From contig CBDCWG010000012.1 of the NCBI GenBank assembly GCA_965223345.1, forward strand, positions 3,072,001 to 3,136,000: DNA of 64,000 bases. The letters are read 5' to 3'. Origin of the DNA: Nitrospinales bacterium. Its GTDB lineage: Bacteria; Nitrospinota; Nitrospinia; Nitrospinales; VA-1. The notes under the pieces are model-generated. The model was not told where the DNA came from and made no database searches. It saw nothing but the letters and a program-made list of their open reading frames with translations. Shown piece after piece: positions 20,024 through 30,437 of the stretch. The position numbers and the translations under genes are program-made. The number at the start of each line of letters is the position of its first letter. Position 1 is the first letter of the stretch.

Positions 20024-20455
20024 TCAGGAACAGGCCAGGTTGCCGGTGGCCCAGCGGGACCAGCGTTTCCGGTGCGCCCCCTCCCCTCCCCGCGCCCGGT
20101 AATCGTAATACTCGAACACGCCGATCTTGATCTTGGTGGCGTCGCTGGTTGTCTGCTTAAGGTCGATGACGCCGACGATGGTGCTGCTGGGACTGCCGCC
20201 GAATTTCTGCGGCAGGTACACGTCGAGATGACCGTTTTTGCCGTCGGGGGAAAACCGGCCGACGGGAACCCCGGCGTTGCAGAGGCGAAACCCCTGCTGG
20301 ATGTTCTGATAGACCGTCTCCACGCTTCCCACCAGGATCAAATCCTGCCAGACCAGATCCGATTGCTTCATGGGGACGAGCTGCCCGGAACAGCCCAAAC
20401 CGACCAATAATGGAATCATGAGTAGCCTTCTCATTTTTTGCCTGTACTGACTCAT
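20024..20455 (-). CDS. Putative lipoprotein
   Basis: Lipobox-like VGLGC and C-terminal WATG..C; true start may be 20434. Confidence 0.65.
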   Translation of the reverse strand: MSQYRQKMRRLLMIPLLVGLGCSGQLVPMKQSDLVWQDLILVGSVETVYQNIQQGFRLCNAGVPVGRFSPDGKNGHLDVYLPQKFGGSPSSTIVGVIDLKQTTSDATKIKIGVFEYYDYRARGGEGAHRKRWSRWATGNLACS

Positions 20456-20721
20456 TAATTTTCATTCCACTCTAACCCCGCCACAATCAGCGCAAAGGGG
20501 ATGAATCACAAATTGTTGTGATTCATCTCTCCCGGCGAAATACCGGTGCGCGATCAACGGCTGTAGATTCAAAGCTGAAAGCGTTCTCGGGTTGATCTCA
20601 TCGGCGCTTAATGGGAGTATGAGGGCAAATCCGGAATCATTTCCAAATTTCATTCGTCTGGTGGGTATTGCGGGAGTCCGCGCTGTTAATCGGGAAAGTC
20701 GGTCAATGGGGGAATTGCATC

Positions 20722-21168
20722 ATGAAAAAGCTGGGGTCGGTTGCTGTCTTTGGGGTCGCGTTCGTATTCATTTTGGGGTTTTGGGCTGCAAGCATCGCAA
20801 GTGAGGATTTGATGGAAAATGCCGATGCGAAAGGAACCGTGAAAATCGTCAAGCCCGCCAGTGGCGCACAGATATCCAGTCCGGTTGAAGTCTGTATGGA
20901 AACGACGGGCGTCGTGGTCGAGTCGGCAAGAATGGGAGTGAATGAAGGCAAGGGACATCACCACATTCTGGTGGACGTCGATCTGCCTGAAGACTTGAGC
21001 GAACCCATGCCCAAAAATGAGAATCACATCCATATGGGAGGCGGAACCAAATGCAAGAGCATCAACCTCTCACCGGGCGAACACACGCTGATGAGCGTGT
21101 TCGCCTACGGCAACCACATCTCGTACGATCCGCCCATCACCGACACCATCATCGTGACCGTTGAATAG
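20722..21168 (+). CDS. DUF4399-like secreted protein
   Basis: Signal peptide, GHHHILVD, HIHMGGG and LSPGEHTL motifs. Confidence 0.8.
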   Translation: MKKLGSVAVFGVAFVFILGFWAASIASEDLMENADAKGTVKIVKPASGAQISSPVEVCMETTGVVVESARMGVNEGKGHHHILVDVDLPEDLSEPMPKNENHIHMGGGTKCKSINLSPGEHTLMSVFAYGNHISYDPPITDTIIVTVE

Positions 21169-21740
21169 GGACCGGGACACTGCCCAAAGGGATGAGGCCG
21201 ATTCCCAAGAAGCTCTGTGGGTTTCAATTCCTAATTGTGAGAAGAACGAAAGAAGCGGTAAAGAACCACTCACTTCAAAAGACCGGATAAGACAGAAGTC
21301 CGGGCGAGGAATGCAAGATGGAACTTTTTACAAACTGGTGGAATTACATTCTCTATATCGGCCTACCGGTCACTCTGGTGGTCCTGATCTTTTATCAGCA
21401 CACAATGTGACTGCCGTTGGGACGCCATAAGGGGTGCGTTTAAACCCCGTGCTATTCTGAACGTAATGACTTCCAGAAACTCTTGAATTTTCCCACCTTG
21501 GCATATTCTAGCCCCGTCTTTTTCTCTCACACCAAATCTCAGTAGTTATAAGCCTTTATATCTCAATAAAATGCCACTATAATTATACTTACTGTATATT
21601 TCCATATTTATCATTCAATACAGAGGCAGGAAAAGAACGGTCCCAGCATTGTGCAAAGTTGGCGTTTTTTTGCAGTAACCATTGCCCGATTGTTTTTACG
21701 GCAGACGTCCAAACTAAAAAACAAGATCCAAGAGCACACG

Positions 21741-23324
21741 ATGGAAAAACTGAGCTTAAATGCGTTGCTACAGACAATCAATGAGAACCCCAGCATCAAT
21801 GGCTTGATTCAATCCTCGCCCATTTGCCACAAAATTTTTGATCCCGATTTTAAATTGCGGTTCATGAGCAACAGTGGTGTGTGCGCTCTTAAGATCGAAA
21901 ATGTTGAGGATTTTTATGGATGCGTTTTCCCTCCGGATTCCGCCCCCGAAGAGACCCGCAATATCATTTACGAGCACATGCATCGCGCCAAGAAGGGAGA
22001 GACGAGCACAGCGGAGTATCATTTTGTTGTGGATGGCAAAGCGATCTGGTTCAGGACGACATTCAGTCCGTTTTTTTGTCCTGAGGGTCAGCTCATGTAT
22101 CTCAGAGCGGACTCTATGGATATCACCAATATGAAATTGGCAGAGAGAGACCTATTAGCCGCTAAGGAAGAAGCCGAAAAGGCCAATGCGGCCAAGTCGG
22201 AATTTCTGTCCAGAATGAGTCATGAATTGCGAACTCCCATGAACGCAATTCTTGGTTTTGGTCAACTCATGGAAGTGGATACCGAGGACCCTCTAAGCAG
22301 TACGCATGAGGAACGCCTCCAAGAAATCATGAAAGGTGGCAAGCACCTTCTGGAACTCATCAATGAAGTGCTTGATCTTTCCCGTATTGAAGCGGGGCAT
22401 CTTACCCTCTCTATCGAAAACATTGATTTGTTGCTTGTGGTGGAGGAAACGCTCACACTCGTTTTGCCCTTGGCAGAAAAAAATAACATCACCATAGAGA
22501 ATAAAGTTCAAGAAAATATATACGTTCGCGCCGATCGCACCAAGCTCAAGCAGGTGGTGCTGAATCTGCTTTCCAATGCCGTCAAGTACAACCGTGATAA
22601 CGGTTCGGTCGTCCTGAACTCTCAAATCCTTCCTGAAGGTAAGATCCACATTTCTGTCAAAGACACTGGCGCTGGTCTTTCCCCGCAACAGCAGGAAAGC
22701 ATTTTTGAACCTTTCAACCGGCTCGACGCCGATCAAACTAAAATTGAAGGGACAGGAATCGGGCTCACGATCACCCGGCGATTGATGGAACATATGGATG
22801 GTAGTATCGAGGTAGAAAGTAGGGAGGGAGAAGGCAGTACTTTCACCTTGCAACTTCCAGAAGGAAAGGAAGTGGATCTGAAGGCAATTCCAGATGATTT
22901 GGGTGCACCGCCCATGGAACCAGGATCAAATGGGAGCAAATACACGCTTCTTTATGTGGAGGACAATCCTGCCAATCTAGCTCTAATACAGCAAATCCTG
23001 AAAAAAAGAGAGGACATCCGTCTTCTCACAGCTCCTCAGGCGCAAATCGGGATCGACCTCGCTCGCGCCCACATACCGGATCTCATTCTGATGGATATCA
23101 ATATGCCCGAAATGGACGGAATTGAAGCGTTTCGACGACTGCGCGCATCTGAAGAAACCAGAAGCATACCCGTCATCGCAGTGAGTGCAAACGCTATGGA
23201 ATCGGATGTCAATAAAGCACTCAAAGCGGGATTCAAATCCTATATTAAAAAGCCTTTTGATCTAAAACTGTTCACACAGGAGATCAATCAGCATTTATTC
23301 AAAGACGAAGTAGCAACGCAGTAG
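21741..23324 (+). CDS. PAS-domain hybrid sensor histidine kinase (HisKA-HATPase-REC)
   Basis: [34 protein letters not shown] and LMDINMP motifs. Confidence 0.92.
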   Translation: MEKLSLNALLQTINENPSINGLIQSSPICHKIFDPDFKLRFMSNSGVCALKIENVEDFYGCVFPPDSAPEETRNIIYEHMHRAKKGETSTAEYHFVVDGKAIWFRTTFSPFFCPEGQLMYLRADSMDITNMKLAERDLLAAKEEAEKANAAKSEFLSRMSHELRTPMNAILGFGQLMEVDTEDPLSSTHEERLQEIMKGGKHLLELINEVLDLSRIEAGHLTLSIENIDLLLVVEETLTLVLPLAEKNNITIENKVQENIYVRADRTKLKQVVLNLLSNAVKYNRDNGSVVLNSQILPEGKIHISVKDTGAGLSPQQQESIFEPFNRLDADQTKIEGTGIGLTITRRLMEHMDGSIEVESREGEGSTFTLQLPEGKEVDLKAIPDDLGAPPMEPGSNGSKYTLLYVEDNPANLALIQQILKKREDIRLLTAPQAQIGIDLARAHIPDLILMDINMPEMDGIEAFRRLRASEETRSIPVIAVSANAMESDVNKALKAGFKSYIKKPFDLKLFTQEINQHLFKDEVATQ

Positions 23325-23458
23325 AACTACTAAGAACCTGAAAGATAAAAACCTTCAATTTCTTGTGGTTGTTCTCCGACCTTTTGCCACACCTCAGAGA
23401 TTAAAACCCAGTCTAAAGGTCCACAAATCCAGCTTAAGCGGTTGATGGGCGGAAAAAC

Positions 23459-23878
23459 TTACAGCTGCTCGTCGGGGTTGATGGGCTTCTGGATGACGGG
23501 GACTTTGAATTTCAGCGTTTCGGGCACCGGCGCGGCTTTCTTGCCGTAAATCTGCTCGCCTTCCTTCTTGAACCCGATGTAGATCTTTTCGTCGCGCACG
23601 CGCACGGGATAGACCTTGATGCGCATCTCCGGGTTCTGCCAGCTGTCGCCGGTTTTCAGTTCGAATCGCCATTCGTGGTTCGGGCAGATCAGGATGCCCT
23701 CCTGAATGCGCCCTTCCCCCAGCGGTCCGCCCTTGTGCGGGCATTTGTTGGACACGGCGTGGTACTCGCCCTTGTAGTTGAACAGGGCGATCTCCTCCCC
23801 CCCGGCCAGAATGATGGCGGATTTGCCGGTCGGCAGGTCTTCGGTTTTCATCACTTTCACAAATCGGATCTTTGCCAT
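23459..23878 (-). CDS. Rieske [2Fe-2S] ferredoxin (NirD-like)
   Basis: CPHKGGPL and CPNHEWRF Rieske boxes. Confidence 0.9.
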   Translation of the reverse strand: MAKIRFVKVMKTEDLPTGKSAIILAGGEEIALFNYKGEYHAVSNKCPHKGGPLGEGRIQEGILICPNHEWRFELKTGDSWQNPEMRIKVYPVRVRDEKIYIGFKKEGEQIYGKKAAPVPETLKFKVPVIQKPINPDEQL

Positions 23879-23986
23879 GTTCCTGTCCGCGTGGATGGAT
23901 GGGAAAATCGCATTATACCCGAAAATCGATCCCGGGTCGGCAATTCGAGTGATTTTCCAGCAAAAGGCTGGCAGGAAAAACGCGGC

Positions 23987-24457
23987 TCAGCGGCCGCCGT
24001 GTCTTCGGAGGACCGGAGTGAGGCTTTCGCGCCCCAGCTCGATGGAAAGGTAGACGGGGGTGATGGGTTCGCCCTGCTCGTTGGGGACGGCGGCGTTGAC
24101 ATCCGCGCCGTAGGAGATCAGCAGCTCGGCCACTTCCGTGAATCCGCCCTCCACGGCCAGATGCAACGGCGTGTAGCCGTGCGCATTGCGGACATCGACA
24201 TCCGCACCGCTGGTGAGCAGCAACTCGACGAGCAGTTTCTCGCCCTTGACGGCCGCCAGGTGCAACGGAGCCAGACCGTCGGAGTCGGTGGCCTCGACTT
24301 CCGCGCCGTTTTCCACCAGCAGCCGCGCCAGATCGGTGTTGCCGACCTGTATGGCCTGATGCAGAGGCGTCGCCGCCTGTAGCCAGGCAGGAAACAACAA
24401 CACCGCCGCAAGCGCCAGCCCTCCCGCACGCTTTATGGGATGGGGATTCTCAGTCAA
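23987..24457 (-). CDS. Secreted ankyrin-repeat protein
   Basis: TPLH.A repeats with LL..GADVN; signal peptide. Confidence 0.9.
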   Translation of the reverse strand: MTENPHPIKRAGGLALAAVLLFPAWLQAATPLHQAIQVGNTDLARLLVENGAEVEATDSDGLAPLHLAAVKGEKLLVELLLTSGADVDVRNAHGYTPLHLAVEGGFTEVAELLISYGADVNAAVPNEQGEPITPVYLSIELGRESLTPVLRRHGGR

Positions 24458-24586
24458 TGTGGATGCCCTCCTCTTCCTATCAATTTATCGATCCCGCCCG
24501 GCCGTGTCAATCCGACCCAGGTCACATTTGCAGGCTGCGCTGCAAGCCCCCTTTTTGGAATCGTTTTCCGCCCCGCTTTCCGCGTT

Positions 24587-25240
24587 TTAGTTTTTAACGG
24601 TGCAGGTGAAGGTGTCGCGGCCGGTCCAGGTGATGCGGATGCGGGATGGCAGTTTCGTGGTCCGGTCGAGGGTCGCCGAGCGGATCTGATCGCCGGAAAC
24701 GTTTTTCGCCAGCCGCAGGTCGGCTCCGGACAGGCTGCACCCGCTCAGGTCCGCCTCGCTGAGATCCGCACCGTTCAGGTCCGCGCCGTTGAAGTTTGCG
24801 CCCCGCAGGTCGGTGCGGCGCAAGTCCGCGGCTTTGAGATCTGCGCGATGAAAATCGGCGCGCACGGCTTTCGCTCCGGTGAGATCGGCGGCTTTGAGGT
24901 CGGCCCGGGTGCAGTCGGCGCCGCTCAGGTTCGCGCCGGAAAGATTGGCTTCAAAGAGCCGGATTCCCTGCAAGTCGGCGCGGCTGCAATCCGCACCGGA
25001 AAGGTTGGCGCGGGTCAGGTCGGCATCGCCGAGCCGGGTGCCGACGACTTTGGCGCCGATGAGGTTCGCCCCCATCAGCCGCGCCCGGTTCAGTTTCGCT
25101 GCGGACAGGTTGGCGCCGATGAGCAGTACGCCGGCCAGCGTGGCGCCGCGCAGGTCGCTGTGGCTCAAATCGCCGCGGCTGAGATCGGGCTCGATGGGGA
25201 TGTGTTTTTCCAATGAGTCGCTGGGGTGTTTGCGGAACAA
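24587..25240 (-). CDS. Pentapeptide-repeat protein
   Basis: Many A(D/N)LxX repeats; start uncertain (TTG 25240 after GAGGT chosen). Confidence 0.88.
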   Translation of the reverse strand: MFRKHPSDSLEKHIPIEPDLSRGDLSHSDLRGATLAGVLLIGANLSAAKLNRARLMGANLIGAKVVGTRLGDADLTRANLSGADCSRADLQGIRLFEANLSGANLSGADCTRADLKAADLTGAKAVRADFHRADLKAADLRRTDLRGANFNGADLNGADLSEADLSGCSLSGADLRLAKNVSGDQIRSATLDRTTKLPSRIRITWTGRDTFTCTVKN

Positions 25241-25338
25241 AACGCGACCTCTACAAAGAAAACCGGGATCGCAATCCGGGTCTCCTTCTCTGTCATTCGG
25301 TGCGCTCCGCCCATCCAACTCTGCAATATAGAGGGCGG

Positions 25339-25476
25339 CTGTCACGGGAGCGTCACATCTGGGTCACAAACCGGTAAAAGCCAACGCACATTGCGGGCAA
25401 AGCCAGGGATGCGCTTTCTGTTGCCCGAATGCATTGTGATGCAACCGTGACAATAACGCCATCGGCACGTGACAAT
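25339..25476. promoter_or_regulatory. Two opposed arrays of 11-bp-phased GTCAC repeats (Pho-box/OmpR-family-like)
   Basis: GTCAC at 25341, 25352 and 25363; GTGA(C/T) at 25436, 25447 and 25469. Confidence 0.5.
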
Positions 25477-25525
25477 CGGCCTGCATTGTGAAGGCACCGG
25501 GAGGAGCCTCGTCGAGAGCCGGTGC

Positions 25526-26362
25526 ATGAAGCTGTCCGAATGTTACAGACTGTTGAACGCCTCACCCGAAATGGAGTGGCACGAGGTCAAAAAATCCTAC
25601 CATTCCCTGGCGAAACGCTTTCACCCGGATATCCTGCCCGAAGGCCCCAATCGAGGCGACCGGTTTCGCAAGATCAATCAGGCGTACAAAATCCTCGAAG
25701 CGCTGTACCGCCGGGGCAGTCACAACAACGCCAACGATCCGGTGACCGCATCCCAGACACCGGAACCCCCTTCGCAGGGCGAGGCCGTGCCGACGGCGAA
25801 ACCCTGTGAGGCCGCCGAGGCGCGCCCGCTGAGACCGGACAGCCAACCCGCAGCGCAACCCGGCTGGATCGGCAGAGCACTCACGCGCCTGCGCGACGCC
25901 GCCTTTCGTTTTGAACGCAAATACCTGCTTTTGGATGTGAAACACCGCGTCACCCTGTCGCCGCGCCTGGCGGCGACGGGCTGTTCCGTCCGCATCCGCA
26001 AGGGACGGGAACGGTTTCAGGTGCGGATTCCGCGCGGTCCCTGGAACCGCTTGTTTCTGCGGGTTCCCGGAAAGGGCAATTTCAGCGTGCTGAGCTTCAA
26101 ACGCGGGGATCTCTTGCTGGAAATCCTGGTTGCGGACAACGGCGAGGTCGCGACGCGGGACTCGCGCTTTTTCTACAGCATCACGGTGCCGCGGCGCTAC
26201 GTGCGCTGGGGGAAAACCCTGACGCTGCAATCGGCCCGCGGCCCCATCCGCTTCACCCTTCCCAAAACCGCCGAAGACGGGCAGGAATTTGCCATCGAGA
26301 CCGTGCCGGATTCGGCGGAAGACCCGCCCGCCGAGCACATCGTGCGCGTGCAACTGGTTTGA
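25526..26362 (+). CDS. DnaJ-domain protein
   Basis: J-domain with FHPD motif and a divergent DnaJ C-terminal-like region (RVPGKG..GDLLL). Confidence 0.85.
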   Translation: MKLSECYRLLNASPEMEWHEVKKSYHSLAKRFHPDILPEGPNRGDRFRKINQAYKILEALYRRGSHNNANDPVTASQTPEPPSQGEAVPTAKPCEAAEARPLRPDSQPAAQPGWIGRALTRLRDAAFRFERKYLLLDVKHRVTLSPRLAATGCSVRIRKGRERFQVRIPRGPWNRLFLRVPGKGNFSVLSFKRGDLLLEILVADNGEVATRDSRFFYSITVPRRYVRWGKTLTLQSARGPIRFTLPKTAEDGQEFAIETVPDSAEDPPAEHIVRVQLV

Positions 26363-26377
26363 ATTTCCTCAGACATT

Positions 26378-26406
26378 AAAAAAGCCCTGCCGCAAGGCGA
26401 CAGGGC
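26378..26406 (-). terminator. Intrinsic terminator for the 29-aa ORF
   Basis: Minus strand GCCCTG-loop-CAGGGC followed by TTTTTT. Confidence 0.55.
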
Positions 26407-26498
26407 GAGGCTGGATCTTCGGGGTTTCTCCGGTTTGTCCCTGGAGAAACCCCTGAGCTGCAGGTCGATAGGGGTGCGGGGGCGGCGTTGTTGCGAAA

Positions 26499-26588
26499 TC
26501 AGAAAAGCAGGATCAGGCAGAACAGAACGTATCCCAGACCGACAAAATCATAAATGGCGGAGTAGTTTTTGGCTTTTTCGCTGGTCAT
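26499..26588 (-). CDS. Small 29-aa membrane peptide (MTSEKAKNYSAIYDFVGLGYVLFCLILLF)
   Basis: Below the ORF-track cutoff; TAAGGAG RBS 5 nt before ATG; hydrophobic C-terminus; downstream hairpins and terminator. Confidence 0.6.
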   Translation of the reverse strand: MTSEKAKNYSAIYDFVGLGYVLFCLILLF

Positions 26589-26748
26589 GACGTCTCCTTA
26601 AAGGAACCGGGTTGGCACTGCGCTATGAGTTCCAGAATACGGAATGCGGATGACGTCCCCATCAAGGTTGAGTCACAAAAGAGCAAACATTCGCGGCCGC
26701 TAACCCCCGTTTTTTCAACATAACGGATGCAAGCCCGACGGTTCGCGT

Positions 26749-27396
26749 TCAAAACCGGAAGCGCAGGCCGCCCTGGACGTTGTGGCTTTTGAATCCGGGA
26801 TTGAACTCGCTGCTGTTGATCGAGTTGTTGAATTCGGGATCGGCGGTGCCGAAATAATGGTAATCCAGAGTCAGGTCGAGAAATGTGGCCAGGGTCAGAG
26901 CTAATCCCGCGCCCACTTTGTAGGCGAAGACGGTGTCGTCGTCATCGACGTTGAAGATTCCGGCGCGGTTGAGGTTGTTCGATGAAATTTCAGCGACTCC
27001 CAGCCCGCCGCCGATGTAGGGCGTGAGTATGGTGCTGTTGTCGAAATCCAGATACAGGTTCCCCATGTAGCTCATGACGGTGATGTCGCCGCCGATGTCC
27101 AGGTCCACGCCGGTGAACTCGAGATCATCGGGATCGTACTTGCGGTAGGCGACCTCCCCTTCCAGACGGAAATAACCCAGTTTGTACCCCACCGATCCGC
27201 CGACGCTGTAGCCCGCGACGTAGGTGCTGTCGATGTCGTTGCCGCCTCCGATGTCATCGTCCTCGATCTTGAAGGTGGTGAACCCGCCCTGTACCGAGAA
27301 GTACAGACCGTTTTTGGATGCCGACTGCGTCTGCGCTTCAGCCAGCGGCGCCGTCCATACGAAGGCGCAGACCACCAGACCGATGAGGGTTTTCAT
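26749..27396 (-). CDS. Outer membrane beta-barrel protein (OmpA-like/opacity-type)
   Basis: Signal peptide, RLEGE, PYIGGGLG, C-terminal GLRFRF; AAGGAG RBS. Confidence 0.88.
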   Translation of the reverse strand: MKTLIGLVVCAFVWTAPLAEAQTQSASKNGLYFSVQGGFTTFKIEDDDIGGGNDIDSTYVAGYSVGGSVGYKLGYFRLEGEVAYRKYDPDDLEFTGVDLDIGGDITVMSYMGNLYLDFDNSTILTPYIGGGLGVAEISSNNLNRAGIFNVDDDDTVFAYKVGAGLALTLATFLDLTLDYHYFGTADPEFNNSINSSEFNPGFKSHNVQGGLRFRF

Positions 27397-27616
27397 GGTG
27401 TCTCCTTTGCAATGTGGGTCGGTTGTGTTCGTTTTCCGGCTTAGCGTCGTCTCCGGTCCGGTCCGGGACTCCGGGGCCTGCTTGCAGGACAGGAATGCAG
27501 ATGGGCACGCTGCCACGGGTCCGTTGAGATGCGTTCCCCGAAGGGAACCCCTTCCCACCCATCTGCCGATAGTTATTCCCGATGCGCTCATTTTGAGCCA
27601 GAAAGGGAAAATCACA

Positions 27617-27654
27617 AACGATGCGCGTCACATTTCTTTGTGATCTGAATGACA
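27617..27654. promoter_or_regulatory. CRP/FNR-family-like binding sites
   Basis: TGTGA-TCTGAA-TGACA (27639-27654) and the weaker AACGA-N6-TCACA (27617-27632), upstream of the OMP gene. Confidence 0.4.
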
Positions 27655-27695
27655 GCGCCGCCGGTTGAAAACGGCAGTGCGCGGCGGACGATCCT

Positions 27696-27729
27696 AAAAA
27701 AAGCCGGACCCCCTCAAAGGGTCCGGCTT
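27696..27729 (-). terminator. Intrinsic terminator
   Basis: AAGCCGGACCC-loop-GGGTCCGGCTT with a U-tract on the minus strand, downstream of 27812-28540. Confidence 0.8.
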
Positions 27730-27811
27730 CAAGCGATTAAGATAAAGCAGCGTCGCTCCTGCACAATTCGATTCAGGAGATCGACTTCTCTCACTCAGAA
27801 GAAACAGGCGC

Positions 27812-28540
27812 TTATTTGTAGATGGCGACGCTGATGGCTCCACCCAGTTCACCCAGGTTGCCGGGTTTTTTGCTGGCGTGGATTTTCCGTCCGGCGTCCC
27901 CACCGTGACAGTTCATGCAGCCCTGTTTGTAATACTCGGGCAGAATCAGGCGGTACGCCTTTTTGCCGCCGTGCTCGGCCATCTCGGAAAAGGTTTTGCC
28001 TTTTTCCCAGCCGCCTTTGAGGAATTTGCCCTCGATGACGCCCTTTTCCCAGGCGTCGGCTTTGTTGGATTCATTCACCAGGTACTCGTCCCGCGTGGTG
28101 AGCTTGAGATACATCTTCCCGCCGGAATCCTTGCTGAACCGGCTCGCCGCCTTGCGCGCGAAGATGGCGGGCAGAAAGCGGCCCTGGGGGTCCAGTTGGG
28201 TGTCCTTACCGGCCACGACATCCTCCACGGTCTGCTTGATGGCCGTGGTCAGCATTTTCTGCGCTTTTCCCTTGTCGCCGTCGGCGATCTTGAATTTGTT
28301 GCCGGTGGCTTTCTCGTAGTTCTGGTAGGTGATCTCCATGAACTTGTCGGCGCTGATGCCGGCCCCTTTGGGATCCTTGATCAGGGGCTTGTTCTGCACC
28401 AGGACGGCGCGGGACGATTTGAGCAATACGGTCAGTTCTTTGGCGATGTCCTCGTCGCTCGCGAAAGCGACGCCGGAAGCAAAAACAGAGACAAACAGAA
28501 AAGCGGTCAGGGTGGAAATGGAAAAGAAATTTTTAGTCAT
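27812..28540 (-). CDS. Periplasmic DUF3365/Tll0287-like c-type heme protein
   Basis: Signal peptide, N.ADAWE, single CMNCH heme motif, C-terminal GELGGAISV. Confidence 0.82.
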   Translation of the reverse strand: MTKNFFSISTLTAFLFVSVFASGVAFASDEDIAKELTVLLKSSRAVLVQNKPLIKDPKGAGISADKFMEITYQNYEKATGNKFKIADGDKGKAQKMLTTAIKQTVEDVVAGKDTQLDPQGRFLPAIFARKAASRFSKDSGGKMYLKLTTRDEYLVNESNKADAWEKGVIEGKFLKGGWEKGKTFSEMAEHGGKKAYRLILPEYYKQGCMNCHGGDAGRKIHASKKPGNLGELGGAISVAIYK

Positions 28541-29243
28541 ACGATACCTCCCCTTTGAATAGGATTTAGGTACTCAGCACAGACGTTCCTCCCGGCCGTG
28601 CGTCCGGGCAAACCGTGTGTCGCGACTAAATTTCTTGTGGGATTGGTTGAGTTGGAATGTTCGGGTCCGGCTATGCACCTCCCCATCGGCGCCCGATCGG
28701 CGCATCGCATTTTTCTTTTGGCAGGATTGCGTGAGGTTAACCAGAAGATTTTTTTCTGTCAATGAATTTTTTAATTTTTTTGGTCCAAAGTGGGTCAAGG
28801 TTGCGCACAGGATGCAGACGGTCCTCGCCTGCGATGCGAAACGGAAAAACATTTTTTGCCAATTTGGGCATATCCATACATTCCCGCTTTCCGGGATCGC
28901 GCTGCTTTCCCGAAAACGCTCTGTGTGAGCATGCTCATTGCTAACAAGCGTTTGCCGGAAGTCTTGCCGCGATCATCTCCCACACGCGGCACGCTGCCCG
29001 GCGCACCGCGAGTTCTCATAATCTTCCGTCCGGGCGACACCTTGGCAACGGCAGTCGTTCTCTCGACAAATGCGCCTTTTCTTGCCGGTCTCGCAAGCCG
29101 GAATCCGGCTTTCCCCAAAGGGGTTGATATTCCGCCCCTAAGGGGAAAAGCACTCAAGTTTCGGTTCCGAAATCCGAAATATCATTGTAAATACTTGAAA
29201 ACTAAGGGATAATTAATAATCCAATAATTCAACGGTTCTGCTC

Positions 29244-30263
29244 ATGAACGCTCCGACAACCACACCGGAACCCCGGGCCATCCCCGCCGAATTCACGGAA
29301 CGGGTGTGCAACCTGCTGCTGGTATTCATCGACGGGGTGCAAAAGCAAGTTCCTGAAAACAGCGCCCTCAAAAACAAGCTGGACTCCCTGGGGCAGGTCG
29401 TCAAAAAAGCCATTCAGCTGAAGAAAACCTCCGACCTGGGCAAGGAAGTCCAGGAATTGTTCCGGGAAAAGAGCATCGAGAGCGGCTTCCAGGAGATGGA
29501 GCGCGCGGAAACCAAGCACATCATCCTGAGCATGGCGCAGGTCATCAAGGAAGTGGTCAGCGGCGTCGGCGATTACGGCAATAACCTGGAATCCTGCATC
29601 GAAAAGCTGGAAGCCACCGACAATCTGGACGAGATCCTCAAGATCAAGAATCAGATCATCAGCGAAACCAAAAAAACCGTCGCGCAAAGCAAAAACCTGC
29701 ACGAACAGCTGGAATCGAGCCGCAAAACCGCACAGGACCTGACAAAACAGCTGGAGCAGACCCAGTCGAAGGCGCTCATCGATCCTCTGACGAAAGTCCT
29801 GAACCGCGCCGCTTACAATATGAAAATAAAGTCGGTCATCCGTGAAAAAGCGGAACACGCGGAAAACGTGGCGTTTCTCATGGCGGACATCGATCACTTC
29901 AAGGAATTCAACGACCAGCACGGACACCAGGTGGGAGACCGGGTGCTGCGTTCGGTGGCCGGCACCATTCAGGAGTCGCTGCGCGACACCGATCTGGTCT
30001 TTCGCTACGGCGGCGAGGAGTTCGTCATTCTTCTTTTCAAAACCAATCCCGATCAGGCGGACGTGGCCGCAGACCGCATCCGCAGAAAGGTGAAAAAGGA
30101 CTTTCTGGTGGACAAGCAGGGCCGTCATCTGAAAGTGACGATCAGCCTGGGACTCACCGTCCTCAGGGAAGACGACACCGAGGAGTCCTTTTTCGAACGG
30201 GCGGACAAGGCCCTGTACAAAGCCAAAGAAGGCGGCCGGGACCGGGCGGAAACGATCGAATAG
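29244..30263 (+). CDS. Diguanylate cyclase
   Basis: DPLTKVLNR, DIDHFKEFND, RDTD I-site, RYGGEEF; N-terminal coiled coil. Confidence 0.93.
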   Translation: MNAPTTTPEPRAIPAEFTERVCNLLLVFIDGVQKQVPENSALKNKLDSLGQVVKKAIQLKKTSDLGKEVQELFREKSIESGFQEMERAETKHIILSMAQVIKEVVSGVGDYGNNLESCIEKLEATDNLDEILKIKNQIISETKKTVAQSKNLHEQLESSRKTAQDLTKQLEQTQSKALIDPLTKVLNRAAYNMKIKSVIREKAEHAENVAFLMADIDHFKEFNDQHGHQVGDRVLRSVAGTIQESLRDTDLVFRYGGEEFVILLFKTNPDQADVAADRIRRKVKKDFLVDKQGRHLKVTISLGLTVLREDDTEESFFERADKALYKAKEGGRDRAETIE

Positions 30264-30437
30264 ATTTCCCGTGAGCGGACGCCCGTGGTGTGAAAGACGG
30301 TTTTTCAGTTTTTTCCCGGATTGCCAGCGCAGGCTCGCTGTGGAAATCCCTTATTTCGTTGACTGAAAACGCCTTATCCCTGAAACTGAAAGTCAGGGTG
30401 CTGCGTTGTTTTTAATTCCGGATCGTGAGGAAAAACG

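Noticed and set aside
23459..23878. Calling the Rieske protein nirD
   Set aside because: No nirB nearby; only the generic Rieske motifs are supported
24587..25160. 15-bp periodic DNA repeats
   Set aside because: Explained by pentapeptide-repeat coding
28574..29212. Several 60-140 aa ORFs in the gap between the DUF3365 and cyclase genes
   Set aside because: No RBS, codon bias or motifs; treated as non-coding
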